Source: Podarcis pityusensis
Taxonomy: Eukaryota
Strand: one strand, 5' to 3'
NCBI GenBank assembly: GCA_964106645.2
Contig: OZ067043.1
Length of the DNA stretch: 64,000 nt
The notes below the pieces were generated by a model that was not told where the DNA came from, searched no databases, and worked only from the letters and a program-made list of their open reading frames with translations. Position numbers and translations under genes: made by a program. Below are positions 23,113 through 38,534 of this stretch, piece after piece (position 1 is the first letter of the stretch; each line of letters starts with the position of its first letter).

Positions 23113-24981
23113 TTCATTTCTAATTTTCAAGTTTACCAGAAGCCAAATAAGCCAAATATTTAATATGTGGGACCTGCAACAAAACTGTGGTCTGGGTTGC
23201 TTTTGTTCAGGTTTCAGCCTGCTACTCGTACCTTTCTCCAGGATATTATTATTATTATTATTATTATTATTTAAATTTACTAGTTGCTTTTTTGCCATGA
23301 CAGCTCAAAGGAACTTACAATACTGGGGTTCTTCTGAGCCTGATGATACTTCCACCTTGTCTATTTTGCTGATAGAAGTCATGCTAGGAGAATGAGTCCA
23401 CTGTAAATATATAGGACAGGCTTTTCTCATATTGGTTTGGACTGGTTTAAGATGAATGAAAACAAGTACAAACCCACATGCAAGCATATGCCAGTCACAG
23501 CTGGGAAGTTGGAGAGTTCTGAGGAGAAGAGAAATGAGTACAGAAATTGCTGGTGTTTGCTGAGTTGTCCCATGTCTGGAATGGCAGTCAGCTGAGTATG
23601 ATTCGTATTTACTGTTGTTGCTAGCAGTCCTCAAACAATTTGTGCACAATTTGCATTGAAATGAATGGGGTGGAATAATGTGATGACATGTAACTTACCT
23701 AAGTTACATAAATTTGCCACAGTGAGCAATGAGGTGAATAACATAGTTTTGGGTAGAAGATGAAGTGCTGCAAAACGGAAATAGTTTTGCACCCAGCAAA
23801 TACAGAGTGGAATGGAAAGGCTGCCTTCTTACACCCTTAGTCACAACATATACTTAGGAACTGGGTTGAGAGCTCATACCTTCATTTTCTCCCTTGCTCA
23901 TCTTCCCTCCTTCACTCATACCTTGAACAAACACTCCCCACCCCCACCCCACCCCCGCAATGTGGGCATGTCATTTTAGAGTGTGAAACTTAATTTTTGA
24001 AGATTTCTTCAGTGGGGGTCTTAAAGTATGGTTTTGGGTATGAGGAATTCAAATCTGCTATTATTTTGGTGATTTGGCAACATTTAGCTTTGTAGGTCTA
24101 CATTTGATGAAGAAGCACATAAACCACTTTCAGAAAACCAAAGAATTCTAATTTTACTTTCTGAAAATGTCAGGTAATGCTAATATATAATATATAACTG
24201 CAAGTACTTGGCAATCATTTTTCATTATTTCTATGCAACTTTACACACATTTTACCTACCAGGCAAAACTAATTATATAAATTTACCCAAAATATCTTTT
24301 GAATTCCCAATTTATGTTGCAACTTTTAAGGACCCCTCATTTTTGGAATCTGAAAGTTGAAAAATTCAGCATGTCCTACCTTCACATTTTCTCCTACCAC
24401 TTCAACTTGCCTAGCATTCTTTCCTTTTCCATGTTCTTCCAGAGGCCAACTGTTGAAGATGCTGCTAGATTTCCTGTTTATGAAGGAAACCCAGCAGCAT
24501 CTTTGTAGGGAAGGGAAACTACCTTAGAGGTCAAATGTCTGAGGGTGCAAGTACCCTGAGTCCTATCAAGTTCTCCATAGTATTTTAGGCTAAAATCCTA
24601 CTCCCAGTTACCTAGCAGTACACCTCACTTGAACTCAGTAAACTACGGTAACTTCTGAGTGCTAGAAGGCAGTCCACCTCATGAAGTAAAGGATTCATGG
24701 GGGCAGGGGGGGATTAGGTTAAAGACACGTGTCCTTAAAGGCTAATCACACCCACTCACCCATTAAGGTCTCAGACAAAAGGAAAGCAAGTGACAGGCCA
24801 CTTACTTTCCATAACCTGCAAAGACTGCCCCTCTGTGACCACTCAGAAATGCTCCACTGCATAAACCTGAAATAATGTAACAGTGAAGGAGAAAAATCAT
24901 TAATAGTAATTTACCTCCTTCATACATCACAGTGCAGGCTGATACTGGGGTTTAATTTCATCTTGACTACATTCATCACAT

Positions 24982-25332
24982 GGGACGTGGGTGGCGCTGT
25001 GGGTTAAACCACAGAGCCTAGGACTTGCCAATCAGAAGGTCAGCTGTTCGAATCCCCGCGATGGGGTGAGCTCCTGTTGCTTGGTCCCTGCTCCTGCCAA
25101 CCTAGCAGTTCGAAAGCATGTCAAACTGCAAGTAGATAAATAGGTACCACTTTGGCGGGAAGGTAAATGCCGTTTCCGTGCACTGCTGTGGTTCGCCAGA
25201 AGCAGCTTAGTCATGCTGGCCACATGACCTGGAAGCTGTACGCCGGCTCCCTCGGACAATAAAGTGAGATGAGCACCGCAACCCCAGAGTCGGTCACAAC
25301 TGGACCTAATGGTCAAGGGTCCCTTTACCTTT
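24982..25332 (+). mobile_element. Full-length Sauria SINE
   Basis: GGGACGTGGGTGGCGCTGTGG head, B-box GTTCGAATCC, CCCTTTACCTTT tail. Flanking direct repeat TACATTCATCA at 24968 and 25333. Confidence 0.92.
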
Positions 25333-26739
25333 TACATTCATCATACATTTTCCTCCATCTGCATTAGATACTTCTCTTACCCACCACCCACACAACGTGA
25401 TTCATTGCCCTGAACTCAAGTGTATACCCAAGAAGTGGCATGGGCTGTGCTCAGCAGAGGCATGCTCTTGGGACTAATCACGTCAACTGTCAATTGGGTC
25501 CAGTCAAGAGATACCCAACTTTAGGCTCTTTCCCTTGATGATACTGTAGGTATATTATAATCCAGAGAATGTGGTTGTTTTTTTAAAAAATACATCAAGA
25601 ATTAACAAATTCATTACAACCACAGGAAAAGTGTTATAATTTAGATCTCAGGGCCCACTGAAATACTATCACTTCAAATGAAAATGTGTGTTTGCTTTCC
25701 TGGCAAATTCCTGTGAGTAACACTATGATTTTAAGTTTTCTTTGCTAGTGCTTTCTGTTTTCAGTTTTATAAAACAACGTTCTGGACAATTACTGGTTTT
25801 ATTCATTTCTTGTTTTCTTACTAATAGTACTTTGAGGCAAGCTAGAAAACACACAATAGAATTTTACTGTTCTTAAATAAGCTGTCTAAACTCAGAAATT
25901 CTGTCACTCCATTTTGACAGATCAAGTAATAATGTTATCCACCATGAGAGAATATAAATGTACCAGTACAAGAATCATAGTGGGCGTATAAGCTGTAACC
26001 ATCATAAATGACACTTTTTATTCCCTTTGAAAATCTTCCTGATTTATTTCATTTACTTAGACAGTGTTGCTGCTTATTTTTAATAGACACGTTTTTTTAA
26101 ACATTCCATCAGAGTAAACAGATAGGGAATGGTGACACTATAACCCAAATTGTCATTATTCAAAATGATTTCTTCTGCTTAGGTTGTTTTCATTTAGCAA
26201 AATAATTTCATTTTTCTGTGTCTGCACACATTATACTCACAGGAGGTAATGGAGGCTTAAAACAATGTCTCCTGCATTTAATATGCAAGGAGAATTCTTA
26301 ATAGAATCATTTGCAGGATAATTAAAAGCCTGCTGATACATCTTATGAAAGTGTGAAACAAGTACAAAATGAATAGAGCCAAATGGCAATTGCTTATTTC
26401 TGTAGAGTAAGTGCTAAGTCAAAGAGGTCATAATTGCTACTTTACACAGAGAAAATGGCTTTGTTTTATCCTATATTTTTCAGCATTGAAAGTATCATCT
26501 GCTGTTTTCATACAGAAATTAGTTGCATTTTGTGCAAAGGAAAGCTGGATAGCATTGTCATTGGCTCTGACAGTTGCATCAAGCATAATAATACCAGAAA
26601 TTAAAATTTTACTGAAGAATAACATCAGTTAAATCAGCACCTGCTTGAGGTTTATTGAAGGCCAAATTATGCTCTCCGCCCAAAGAAAGATCATTTATAT
26701 AATCTAGCTTCTCCAAACACCCACAGGACTTACACACAC

Positions 26740-27185
26740 AGTTCATTTCCAGGCCCAATTCAAGGTGCTCATGTTAATGTCTAAAGCCCTAAGCAACTCA
26801 TGCACCAGATACCTGAAAGACTTCCTCCTTCCCTATAGTCCCATTTGGGTACTAAGACTGGCAGAGGGGTTTATTCCACCACTGCCCTCAGAAGCTGAGG
26901 TTGGGGTGTGTGGCTTGAGAGAGGGCATTATCTGTAGCAGCTCCTAAGTTGTGGAATTCTCTCCCCACAGATGTGCATCTGGTACCTTCATTATACAGAG
27001 TACATCAAATTTTGAAGCCACATTTTTTTAAAAACCTGGCCTTTGACACTTGACATGTATGTTTTCAGGACCCACTTTATTTCTGTGATATTAAGTTGTT
27101 TAAAATGATTTTTAAACTATTTTTAATACTGTGATTTAATGTGGCAACCCAACCTGGGGCCTTGGCATGAAGGGCAGATAATTAA
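26740..27185 (+). mobile_element. Old L2 LINE 3' fragment
   Basis: FQAQFKVLMLMSKALSNSCTRYLKDFLLPY, then a degenerate APKLWNSL-coding sequence and a 3' UTR. Confidence 0.6.
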
Positions 27186-29899
27186 CCCCTCACCCCTCAC
27201 TGAGAGGCTAGTGTACAGGCCCCTCTTTGCTGACCTTGCCCAGCAGAGAGAAGTACCATGGTGGGATGGGGGGGAGGCTCCACTACAGCAGAGACCCCAA
27301 CCACACAGATAGGAATCTACCACCAGTGATTCTGCTGATGATGATATCAGTGGAAACTCCTCCCCCCCTGGGGTGTTTCAGGGCAGGGTTGGGCACCAGA
27401 AACTTTAGATCCATGGGAGCCAGTTCCTTCCAGGTATGTGATGCAGCACCCCATAAGCCCAACTGAAAGCCACCACAGATGTTAAGAGTGTGGTCTTGGT
27501 GCTGATGCTGCAAAAAAGGGTGAAAACTCACATTGAAACTTGCACCTTGGCTGTGAGCAGCAGGATTTTGAATATGCTGCTTCACTGCTCCCAGCAAGAG
27601 GTTTGAACTGCCCTGCCCATTATTATTTTTTAATTAGTGAATACATGCATTGTATCCCCTCATTCCTGCTTCTGTTTCTGGGAGATGCTTATATTTGCCA
27701 ATGTAAGGCAAAGCAAGCTCTTGGAGCTGCCAGTCCAACAGTTTGATCACTCTGCAGAGGAGTTGAACTGTTTGCTCCATCATGGCCACTGAGCTTTTTG
27801 CTGCATATAAGAATCATCACAGATACATCAAATTTAAAACTGCTGAAAATTAACACTTTGACCCCTTATTTTCAAGTTATTAAGACAGCAAGTCATATAT
27901 TTCTTTCCAATTTTGGTGAAAGCTACTGACATATAAAAAAAAAAATCTTGCAAAGTAAAGCCCATACTGGTGAAAATATTTGGTGAATTTGGTTTGTAAG
28001 GGTTCAAATGTTATTACGTTATCAAGGTTTCCTTGTCCCATTTAAATCTGAGGCCATCATGTGGCAGCAATGGAGTCAGCTCCGCCCTACCCTCAAAGCA
28101 AACTGCTTCCCCCACTGTCAGCTTTTGCCCAGCTGGCATGAGCAGGAGGGCTGCAAATGTGACAGTGGCCTTGCCAGAAAATGACACAGGCCCTATACCT
28201 AATCCCTGAAGTCATGTGATAGAAGGAAAATTCATCTTCCAATCAATATGAGAACATTTCTAACATCCCACAAAACAGATTAAAAATGGGCAAAATATTA
28301 TAGATTTATGGCTTACATCCCATTGTGAAAAAACTAACAGATAGTAACTAACTCCCACACCACTTTAGTGAATCCGAGAACATTTAGTGCCTGCTGGGGC
28401 AGGCGAATCCCTAGGGATAGGTGGGTGGAAGGAGCATAGCCAGCCTCACTGCCACCACATGATGCCACCAGGCCCAATAGGTCTACATGCACATGCAGCC
28501 ATTTGTCTGTCCGCTCACCTTCCACCCCAGCTGGTGTGAGCCTTGGAAAGACTACAGCAGTGACAGGAGGAATGGGCAACATTTTCCTATCATGAGCAAA
28601 ATTCTCTTGGTGGTAATCTACCTGCTGTGAACCGGGCCACAAATTGGCAATAGGTGGGACCAGAGGTTCTTTATACTCTTCCCTTCTCCTTCCCTTTCTT
28701 TCTCCTGCTGGGTTATGCTTCCTCACTTGGCTCATTCTTCCCTCTCCTGGGATTTCAATGATGATTGCCCCTTTGCTGCTAATAGGTTTTTTCCTAAGGG
28801 GGTGATTTCCATCATGATTGTGAAAGGGAAGGTTTAAAACTTCCAACTTCCTATGGCTTTTATTGTGCTTGATTATATTTTTACCCGTTTTTCACAAATA
28901 TAATTTTGTTCCATTTTAAAAGCTATTCTAATTTATTTCAGTGCACATCAGACTTTTTTAGTAAAAAACAATAACCAACAGTATACCTAATACTGCAGTG
29001 CTCATCACTTTGGATAAAATGTTGTTGTTACTGCATGCACATTGCCATAAACTTGCTGCATCTTCCATGGTTATAAATCAAGATGCATGGAATTTGCCAT
29101 TGCATGAAAGACTGCACAAGGGGCTCTATGACACGTTACTCCAAGTAGTTATTTAATCAACCAGTTACTCCAAATTTGGCATTGATTTACAACTTGTGGG
29201 ACTCTTGTTGAAACCAACAGGATTTCCTGAGACACAGAACAAATCAACACTGAATTTTGCCCACCTTAGCTATTATGGGATAAAACAGTTTAACACTGTG
29301 TCAGCGCAAATATACATGCTCAAATTCACAATGACCTTATGATTGTGCTATAGACCAACCGTATAAAGGGTCATTTAATAAAATAATCTGTCTTCCACTG
29401 CCTCTTATAATCTCCTCTTCTACATTTATGCTCATAAACTATTACATCACAATGCAAGCAATCTGATGCAGGACTTGGCTGGTATTCCATTACTTCCTGG
29501 CAGGCAGTTCTTATACACACTGATCACAGATATTTCATCTTCTTCTAAAAATTTTCCATTTTGTTTCCCCCTCAATGTTCAGTGTGTACATAAGGCCACT
29601 GGATGAAAAGATGTGAAGCTTCCAACTAATGTGGTAATTTATAATGGCTTCCATCTGCACAGATATAATTGTCCCTTCATAAAACAAACTAATTGTATAC
29701 AGATCTATATAGAAAAACACTGCATGGCCTGACTCTGCTGCAAGAGAATGAGCTGGCTGTATACTGATGACACTCAATTGCAAATCCTCTGAGAAGCACA
29801 TTTAGAAGCTTCATATAAATTTTTAGCAATGTGGTGGACAAAATGATATAAATGTCATGAGGCAGAAGTAAAGTATCCAGATTCTATCTTTTGGAATTT

Positions 29900-30520
29900 G
29901 CTTTCCAGGTAGGAGTAGAGCACTGGAAAATTGTGCCCCTATTCCAAACGGTCTTTATTCAAGGGAATACCATTGTTAGTGGTATTGAATGCTGCCAAGA
30001 GATCCAACAGAAATCATGGAGTTAAATTACCATTCTCTTTCCCCTGGTACATGTCATTCATCAGGGCATCAGATAATCAGGGCAATCAAGCCAGTTTTAG
30101 TTCCAAATCCCAATTGAAACGGCTCAAATAAGTCAGTTTCATTAGTGCTTGGAGTTGGCTGGCAAGCACTCACTCCACCATATTGCCTAGTAAAGGGAGA
30201 CTGGCATCCAATCAATTGTTGTTACAATTCTGAAGGTCCGTTTTCGGCTACACACCCCAATTCATGCCGGATGCCTTTTGCAGCCCCTCCAGGGCTGCGA
30301 AGGAGTTCAGGCAGGGAAGTAGGGAGGAAATGAGGCATAAATCCTCCCGTTAAACTCTCCAGGGGTTCTGGGGAGTCCACATCCCACAGCACCATGCAGT
30401 CCTGTGTCTGTCACTTCAGAAGGCAGAACGGGCGTGATCTGGGCTCCTGCAGTGGATGAGCCTCCATTACCAGCATGACTTGTGGAAGGTTCCTCCACAA
30501 TTTGGATAATTGGCATTAAC
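29900..30520 (-). mobile_element. Old L2 LINE internal fragments
   Basis: The minus strand gives LLDLLAAFNTTNNG (cf. LLDLSAAFDT) and a degenerate PWFTPEL-type region. Confidence 0.5.
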
Positions 30521-33500
30521 TTAGAGGGGCCCCAAAGCAAGATATACAAATGGGCTGCAATAAATTAGATGCCAACAGAATTGGGACTTGTGAAGGTATT
30601 TGGATGGATTCTTGAATGGTTTTTCTAAGCTCTAAAATCCTTACAACAGCCATGAAGGAAAGGGGGAGGGCAGGGTATTTTGTGTTTTTCTTATCGGGAT
30701 GGTTCATTTTTCCTTTGCCCTCCCCTATACAACAACATAATGAAGAGATGTGTGCAGTTTCTATTTTTTCTGGTACTTTGAAAAAGAGGGGGGATGCGCT
30801 TCAGATTTATGTTTTACAAGGAATTTACTATAGTTTTGCTATGCCTAACCCCCCCCCCCAACTGAAAGTGAATGGATGTTATTTATGGCCATCTCCAGAC
30901 ATGGTGCTGGGGGAGGAAAAATGCTATGGTAAAATGAGCACCAACTGGACTGGTATGGACCTGCAAAAAAAGTTGAATTTGAGAAAGACTGAGAATGAAA
31001 TGCAGAAGGGAAATTAATGGCGGAGATAAATCCTAGAAAAATTCACTCTATATTCGGTTTTGCCTGCTTGTTTGCTATTACCGGACTGGAATGCAGCCTT
31101 GAAGAGATAACACTGCAGTGAAACCTCTAACCAGGGAAGGATGTATGAGTGCTCAAAGAGCCAAGGAACTGAACTTGTAAAAACACACCATGTCTGGAAA
31201 AAATAAATAAAGGATTGCACATGCATGATGGATTATATATATTAAGGATTAAATGGAAGTTGCTGTTTGTAAGGTGATAAAAAAAAGGGCAGCTGAAGAA
31301 TGGAAAACAACGGCAAGTGAAATGATGTCACCTAGAGACTGAAGTGACAATGGACCCAGCAAATTGGGAAAAATCTTGGGCATATTTTGTAATGGGGCGG
31401 GAAACCAGTTTTATTAAGAAATTGTATTAAATTAAATTTGGTTTAATCTGTAATAATTTGGAAAATTGATTTTTAAAATTGTAAAAAAAAATATTCTGAG
31501 GGTCCAAGGAAGTGTTTTCATGAGGGGTCCTACAACTATTTCCTTTGAAGTGACTTGGACTCCCCACTCTAGTAACAGGGCACTTATTACCTCTGAAACT
31601 CAGCCAGTCAGTCCGTCTCACTAGACAAAAGAAGCTATGAAGTGCAGGAGCCAAAGTCGCAACTAGTGTGCCAGACTCCCACAGCACTTTATCCACACCC
31701 TCAGGTCACAACTGAAACACAGTCCCCAAAACCAGGTTAGGCAGTATTTTGGATCCTTCTCTGGAATGACTAATTGAAAAAGTGACATCTAAGACTGCAA
31801 TCCTAAAAATGTTTTCTCAGATGTAAGTCCCACTGAATTCAATAGGGCTTTCTCCCAGGTTAATGGGATTAAGACTGCAGCCTTAATCATTAGAGTTTAA
31901 TGGTGCAGAATAAGTTTAATTTGGTTGTCTTTCCATTCAATATTATATCCTCATTTTGAAAGTTTCCTCAAGGCAATAAAGACTTATCTATATCCAGTGT
32001 AATATATAAATCCCGTTGAATTACAAAAACACTTTGGGATTAATAGACAAGTCTTTTGGCTTTCTATTTTTGCATTGAATTTCCAAGAAGAGCATCCGAA
32101 AGAGTTGTGACAGACACTGACAAAAGCCAGGAAGCTGAATTTGACACTTTGTAAGAAAACAAATTGGGTGAATTAATGATAGAATGTTAGCTTCTGCTTT
32201 GCATTTTCTGTTCCTCCCCACTGCCCAAATTTGCACTTACTCAGTATTATTGTAATCAAAGAAGAAAGATATTTGAAAGTATTTAAGTTCCAAATATAGA
32301 CTAAAGTAGACTGCTAAAATCAATACAATACTCAGGTATGTCAGTTCTTAAATCAAGCCATGAAAAGCAGACAAGGCACACTTCAGTGACTGCAGACAGC
32401 TACAGTGTGCAAAGATGGTTGGATGTCACTGTGAAAAGTCACTGCTACTACAATGACAGACAAAAATATGTAAGAGTGGGGGAAGGTTCAAGTGACTCCA
32501 GCCTGCCCAGATAAGAGATTTTACTTCATATAGTTATTCTATGTGAAGTAAAAGGTATTCAGAGCTTGATTTGCTTTCAGATAGTCTAAAATACCCTCCC
32601 CTCACAAAGGAATCAAAATTATAATTAGTTTTTATTCATTAAACTGTTATGGTCCATTTATTATGGTACTTAGTAACATTTCATTAAAAAGTGTCAACAG
32701 TCTGCAAATTTATGGCAACAAGAAAAGTTTGTATTTTACAGTATATAGTATCATAGAATGGAGTAGAGCACAACAGTATGGGAACACTCCCATGCAATGG
32801 CTATATGTAAGATCAACATACAATGATTTAAACCACTTGGGCACCTCATACATGTTGCAACAAGGTCATTCATGCAGCCTTTTCCTAGCGTATAATAGTT
32901 AAGAGAGAATGGGAGGGGAGGGAAGTATGAGAAATTAAGGAAGAATATCAGGGGCATTAGGCATTCCTATTCTGATCAATTGAGCATCATATTGATAAAA
33001 GAAAAAATCCAATGTTTGGGGCCACAGACAACACTTAGCCTTTCATTCTATGGAAGATCTAATGTAAGACTCCTCTTTCTACTTGCATCAACATCAGTAC
33101 AACACGTATGTAAGTGCACCATTGATTCAATATGTTTGTCACTTCTTTTCACTCACATGTGGCAGGCTACAGCTCCCACATGCAAGTACTTGTGACAGGT
33201 GCAAGTACTGGAGTCCATGCTCCAGCAACCCCATTTCCCGTGCAGTAAATAAGCCCATTTTTGGATAGACAGTTAAGTGCCTATCCATAAGTAAATTTAT
33301 TTGTAAGTGTCCCATCTTGTTTTTTGAACCAGTACATTTATTTTTCTTTTCCCCCTTAATACTTGAATGGTATCTGAAGAAGCACAATGAAACGAACCAA
33401 AAGCAGTACAAACACTAGGCGAAAGAATAAGAAACATGAAACAAAACATGGGGGTAATGATAATGCAGGTATCTATTCAATAAAGTTCCAAGTATGACTA

Positions 33501-36500
33501 AGTTCATTTTACTGAAGTTGCATATAAATAAATGAGACTAATGTAAACGCAGATATGATTAGGCTATTAATCTTAAAGACAGTGTACACTGCTTTGGAGC
33601 AGTATCTTAACAAAACGAAGGAACAACCAATTCCTATTTTGTTTGATGTGTATGACTTACCAGGAATTCCGGTCCACTTAGCTGATCTATAATTACCTAT
33701 AATTTTTTGTTCTTGTTTTATCCAGCAAGCATTTAACAGTCTCTTTAAATGTAATGCTGTTGCTATTATTCTTATTCTTATTATTAAATTTGTATACCGC
33801 CCTATAACCACAGGTCTCAGGGCAGCTACAAAATAAAATCACAATATAAAAACACAAAGTACATTTATGTATATCATCAATGACGGTAAAACCATCAGGA
33901 CAATATATTCTTACAAGAAATTACCCATGAATGAACAACCAGCTCTGCTTCATGCTGAAAGAGCCCTTGGAAATTTGTTGGATGAGGTGTAAGGCCTCAC
34001 CACATCCTCCCACCACCTTTAGATTCTAGACTGAAGGGAAATGAACTGCTCATCTACCTGGCTCCCTTTGCTATGAAGGCTACCCCTGTCAACACAAGGA
34101 CCACACACATCCACAGTCTTTGACCCATACCAGTTTGAGAGGTTTGAAGGAGGCAGTGATAATTCCCACCTAATTAGTCTAATAATTCCAACCTCATTTG
34201 TAAGAGCAGGAGTATTTATAATCAGTGGAGACCCTCGCCTACTCTGCCTTATCCACAGTTAGGTACAGTGGATATCTGCAGGTGGGTATACTATGTCTGT
34301 AATATATTTTATATTGTATAATGTTTTTCCTATTGAAAATGAGCTTCAGTGAAAAATACTACTTACTTGTGTCCTAAATGCCATTCATGGGGTGGGATGG
34401 GGGCATTAAAACTTCCCTTGTAAACATTACAAATCATACTTCAAAATAAAATGTTTACCATCACTGTGTAATATTTATTGTTCTTACTCTACTTAGTCTT
34501 TGTAAATGGCAATTGATATTCCAGAGAACTTTATAATGTTTTCATGATTTGAAAACAGTAGCAACACATTCCTGGCTTCTTGTTACATCAAAATGTAGAT
34601 GGTAATGTAATACCGTATTTCATTTTCTAGCTCAAATACTTGGTTGACAAGGAATTGTTCAGTACTGGATTCTCTTTAGTTTTAAGATATAATTTTTAAG
34701 ATGAAGTTCACAAAAGATACACTAGTGAAATGAACCATGAACATATATTATTCACCATCACATACAGGAATTTATTTATCCTGTCACCAAATGCCACTGA
34801 CATTGGTTTTGGAAACTTTTATCTGACAAAATCTTTTAACTACATTCTTCAGGATTACAGAGGAATATTTCAGCTCTTCTTCATGGGATTTACATTTTTA
34901 AAAATTTACACTTCACTGTGTCGATTACTCAACAGCAAAGCTGTATCTTCCTGTGTTTCAGCACTAATTCACAATGGAATTGGCTACTTGGGAACTAATT
35001 AGAGAAATTCTTAAATGCTCTAAACATTTTCACTAGTTAGTAATGTAATACTCATGATACCAGTCTAGGCTCATATTACTCATTAACAATTGTAACTGCT
35101 TTCACTTTACAAATGAGACAGACAAAATAGGAGCTATTTAACATGCAAAAAATTAATAATATCATTAAAAGTTGAGTGTTTTGAATGTCAAGTCAATATA
35201 TAAACCCAGTGTAGGAACACTGACTGATCTGAAAGTTTAAATGGAGCTTGGTTCTACTCTATAAATATTTCAGAGGGCCCAGAGCTTTGGATTTTGTCAA
35301 GTGTGGAGTGGTTCAAAATCAGAATTCTGGAATAAGGCAGAGGGCCCTTTCTTGTTGTTAAGTTCTTATTTAATCTAAGGCAAGGTTGCTCACTTTGTAG
35401 ACCCAGGACAAAAAGGTGTTTTCTGAGTAAAGTTATGTGTGTGTATCAATAAAGAAATATAATGGATCTTGAAGTTAAAAATGGTGACCCCTCAGGGTCT
35501 CAAGGAAGAGGTGTTTTTATTTTTTAAAGTGATATACTAATTGAGTGAAAGCTCAATTATTCCACATAATAACCTCTATTATATAGAATACAATATAAAA
35601 TTCTGTATTATATAGAATTTATATACGTTCCCTGAAGGGATTGTCTGGTTGGGAGTTTATAGATGACCCCTTTCTTCTTTTCCCCTTGGTAATTAAGTTA
35701 AGACACCTGTGTTTGACAGAAAGCATTTAAATGTACAAATTGAGTTGGAGACCCATGCCCACCCAGCAGCTTCATCACACACCATGTGAACTAATAGGCT
35801 TAGAGACATCACAGTATAGTTTCTTTGTAATGCACAAAAACAAAAACAATTTTGGAACATCTCACAAAAACGTTTTTTGGGGGCATTTTTGTAAAAAAAA
35901 ATAAAAAAAGCTCAACAATTTGGGGGGCTTTACTTTTTGAAATATGGCAACCCTATACTACTCACTAGAGTGTGGGGCAATAAATAAATACAGCAAATGA
36001 ATAATCACACCAAATGTGTATTAATGCAGATGACCTAGCAACTACAGAAAGCTTACCACATTGTATTTTTTTTTTAATTTTATCTAAAAAAAATATATTA
36101 TCCAGCTTTTCAGACACAAAGGGTGCCCAGATCACTACCAACAAGATAGTCTTTCCCTACAGGCTTACAGTAATAAAGGGCATGATGTAAAAGAAAAATG
36201 GATTGGGACAGAGAAAAAATAAGCAAATACAAGTTTTAAATTACAAGTTGCTTGAATGACCAGGTAGGATGGAAAAGTTCAAAGAGAGGCCAAATGTTGC
36301 TGGTCTCTCAGTTGCACCGATGGAGTGGACCAGCATCCATTCTCAATACTGAGGATGTTGGTCATCTGTATTTATCCTCTCTCTTCCACTGTCAGTTCTC
36401 AACTATTACAGGTTATGTAATAAAAAGAAAATATAAGACTAAAAACCGCTCTATGCATCAGCTATAGCTAGAAATAGCTAACATAGGTATAGGAACTCCT

Positions 36501-38534
36501 GGGTAGTCTTCACTACGGGGTGGGGGGGGGGGAGAAGAGAACAATTTCATGTAAGTATGGGTCATTCATTCAAAGATCTCACATCAACACTGAAGTGAGT
36601 GCAAAATCCTATTATATGTACAGAGGTCATTGTGTAGACAGAAAATCTTTTACACCTAAAGAACTGCTGCATACCAAATACAGAAGTGCATGAAAAATGG
36701 AAATACTACACAATGAACAGCTGAAACTGTGAAATTGATGGAGTCTGAAGTGTGTGTGCCAGGCCATGGGAGGTTGAATAAACCTTGTAGGGAGACACTA
36801 GATGCCAGCAGTGAACTGAGAGCAACTGAAGAGAAAGGAAGGCTTTTTTTCCAAGGCAAGACTTGAAAAGCTACAAACTTAAAACTTAAAATACCCCTGA
36901 TAGATGACTTCTAGATTCATCTTAAAGCCACCAAATAAGATAATTTCTAGTTTTCCAACACAAGTCAAACAGTTTTCACACAGAGGAAATTATTATTAAT
37001 ATTTAAACAAATATACACTGTTGAAACATATTTAGTAGTATGGGAAAATGTCTAATTTAAGCACTACATATTGCTGCTCAGTGAACATGCAAACCACAGC
37101 TACAGAAATCTGAGCTCAATAAAAGCTATGGGCATGCACTGGAATGCAGAACCCTTTTGAAATAGCTTGGCAGGCGTAAATTAGTACAAGCCTACAAATT
37201 GAGTATAGATCTTGTTTTGGCATATTCTTGCACTGAATACTGCAGCTTTAATTGTCTTTTCTCTTTTACAGAATTAACACCTGGAAAATATTTCCCTAGC
37301 AGCAATGGCAGTTGTGTCTCTAAGGGCTTTCTAAACTATGTCTCTAGCTGAATGTGTACTGGCTCCAGAGCAGTTAGCATCTTCACAATTGCCTCTGGGA
37401 GTGCCTTAGGGTCAAGGCTGCTGGTGGACCTTATGGGCTGACTTATTTTCCCAAACAGTTTTTCTTTGACTCGTGCTTCATTGTGAGCACTTTGTTTCTC
37501 TGTGTTTCTGTATAAAATATAGATGAGTCTTCTTCAGGGATTTTTAATAGTAAAAACGAGTATAAAGACTATCTGCCTCAATATTCTTTGCCAGGATGGA
37601 AGAAGGAATTATGCAAGGAAAACAAGTCCTTTTTAAATATTATCCACATTTCAATGTGATTGTTAAGTTCTTTTTATTAAAACTAAGTACTTTATCAGAA
37701 GATGCACATTTTATATAAACAAAATAAAAACAGTTGATCTGTCACTAAAACATCATATATATATAATTTCAGTTGCAATGTAACAGCTGGTACAAAATAT
37801 ACCCTGCACTAGAAGTGAATACGTTAAAGATGGAAAATGCAGATGCAAAAATGTAGTTTATAAAACTGTAATTATTATTAATCATTCTGTATACTTGTGA
37901 TTCTCTACCTTTTTGCTTGGGGACCAAATGTGAGCGTGTTTTATTTGTTTGGAATCCATTACATGATTTATCTGCAAACCAACCTAAACCTATTTGCTGC
38001 TCTGTACTCACAATAGCCTAGTAACACTTTGACAGAAAATCATATGCAGTTGATGACACCACCAGCATTTTTCATATTACCCAGACAAAGTATGTCACCT
38101 GTGTAACATGCCAGAGCAGATTGCAGGAGCTTATGGGATGCATACAGGGAGAGGTGGGTGGAAAGTTTTGCTGTGCAAACAGAAATTCTTGCACTGATAG
38201 AGTGTGTTAGCTGAATACCGACCAAACTTTCTGCTTGTCCCTGGTTAGCCTTCTTCTTGCCAATCAGAGTTGGATGCCTTGTCTTTTGCTGCTCTAGTTC
38301 CAGAAGTAGTGAAAAGTTCTTACACTTTAAAGGTATCAACAATGCCTCAACTTTATTCCAAGCATGAATCATAATTTGCTATATTTCTTAACACAAAACA
38401 ATTCTAGACCAGACTAAAACTTTCCAGGTTATATTAAACTATTACTAAGAGTACACTCATTGAAATTAATGGACCTAAGTTACTCATGATAATTAATTTC
38501 AGTGGGTTTACTCTTAGTAAAAGTTAGTTGAATA

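Noticed and set aside
24982-25060. tRNA gene
   Set aside because: The A/B boxes belong to the tRNA-derived head of a Sauria SINE; there is no cloverleaf.
28334-28846. 170-aa minus-strand ORF
   Set aside because: Non-ATG start, no recognisable domain and no convincing splice sites; probably old repeat-derived sequence.
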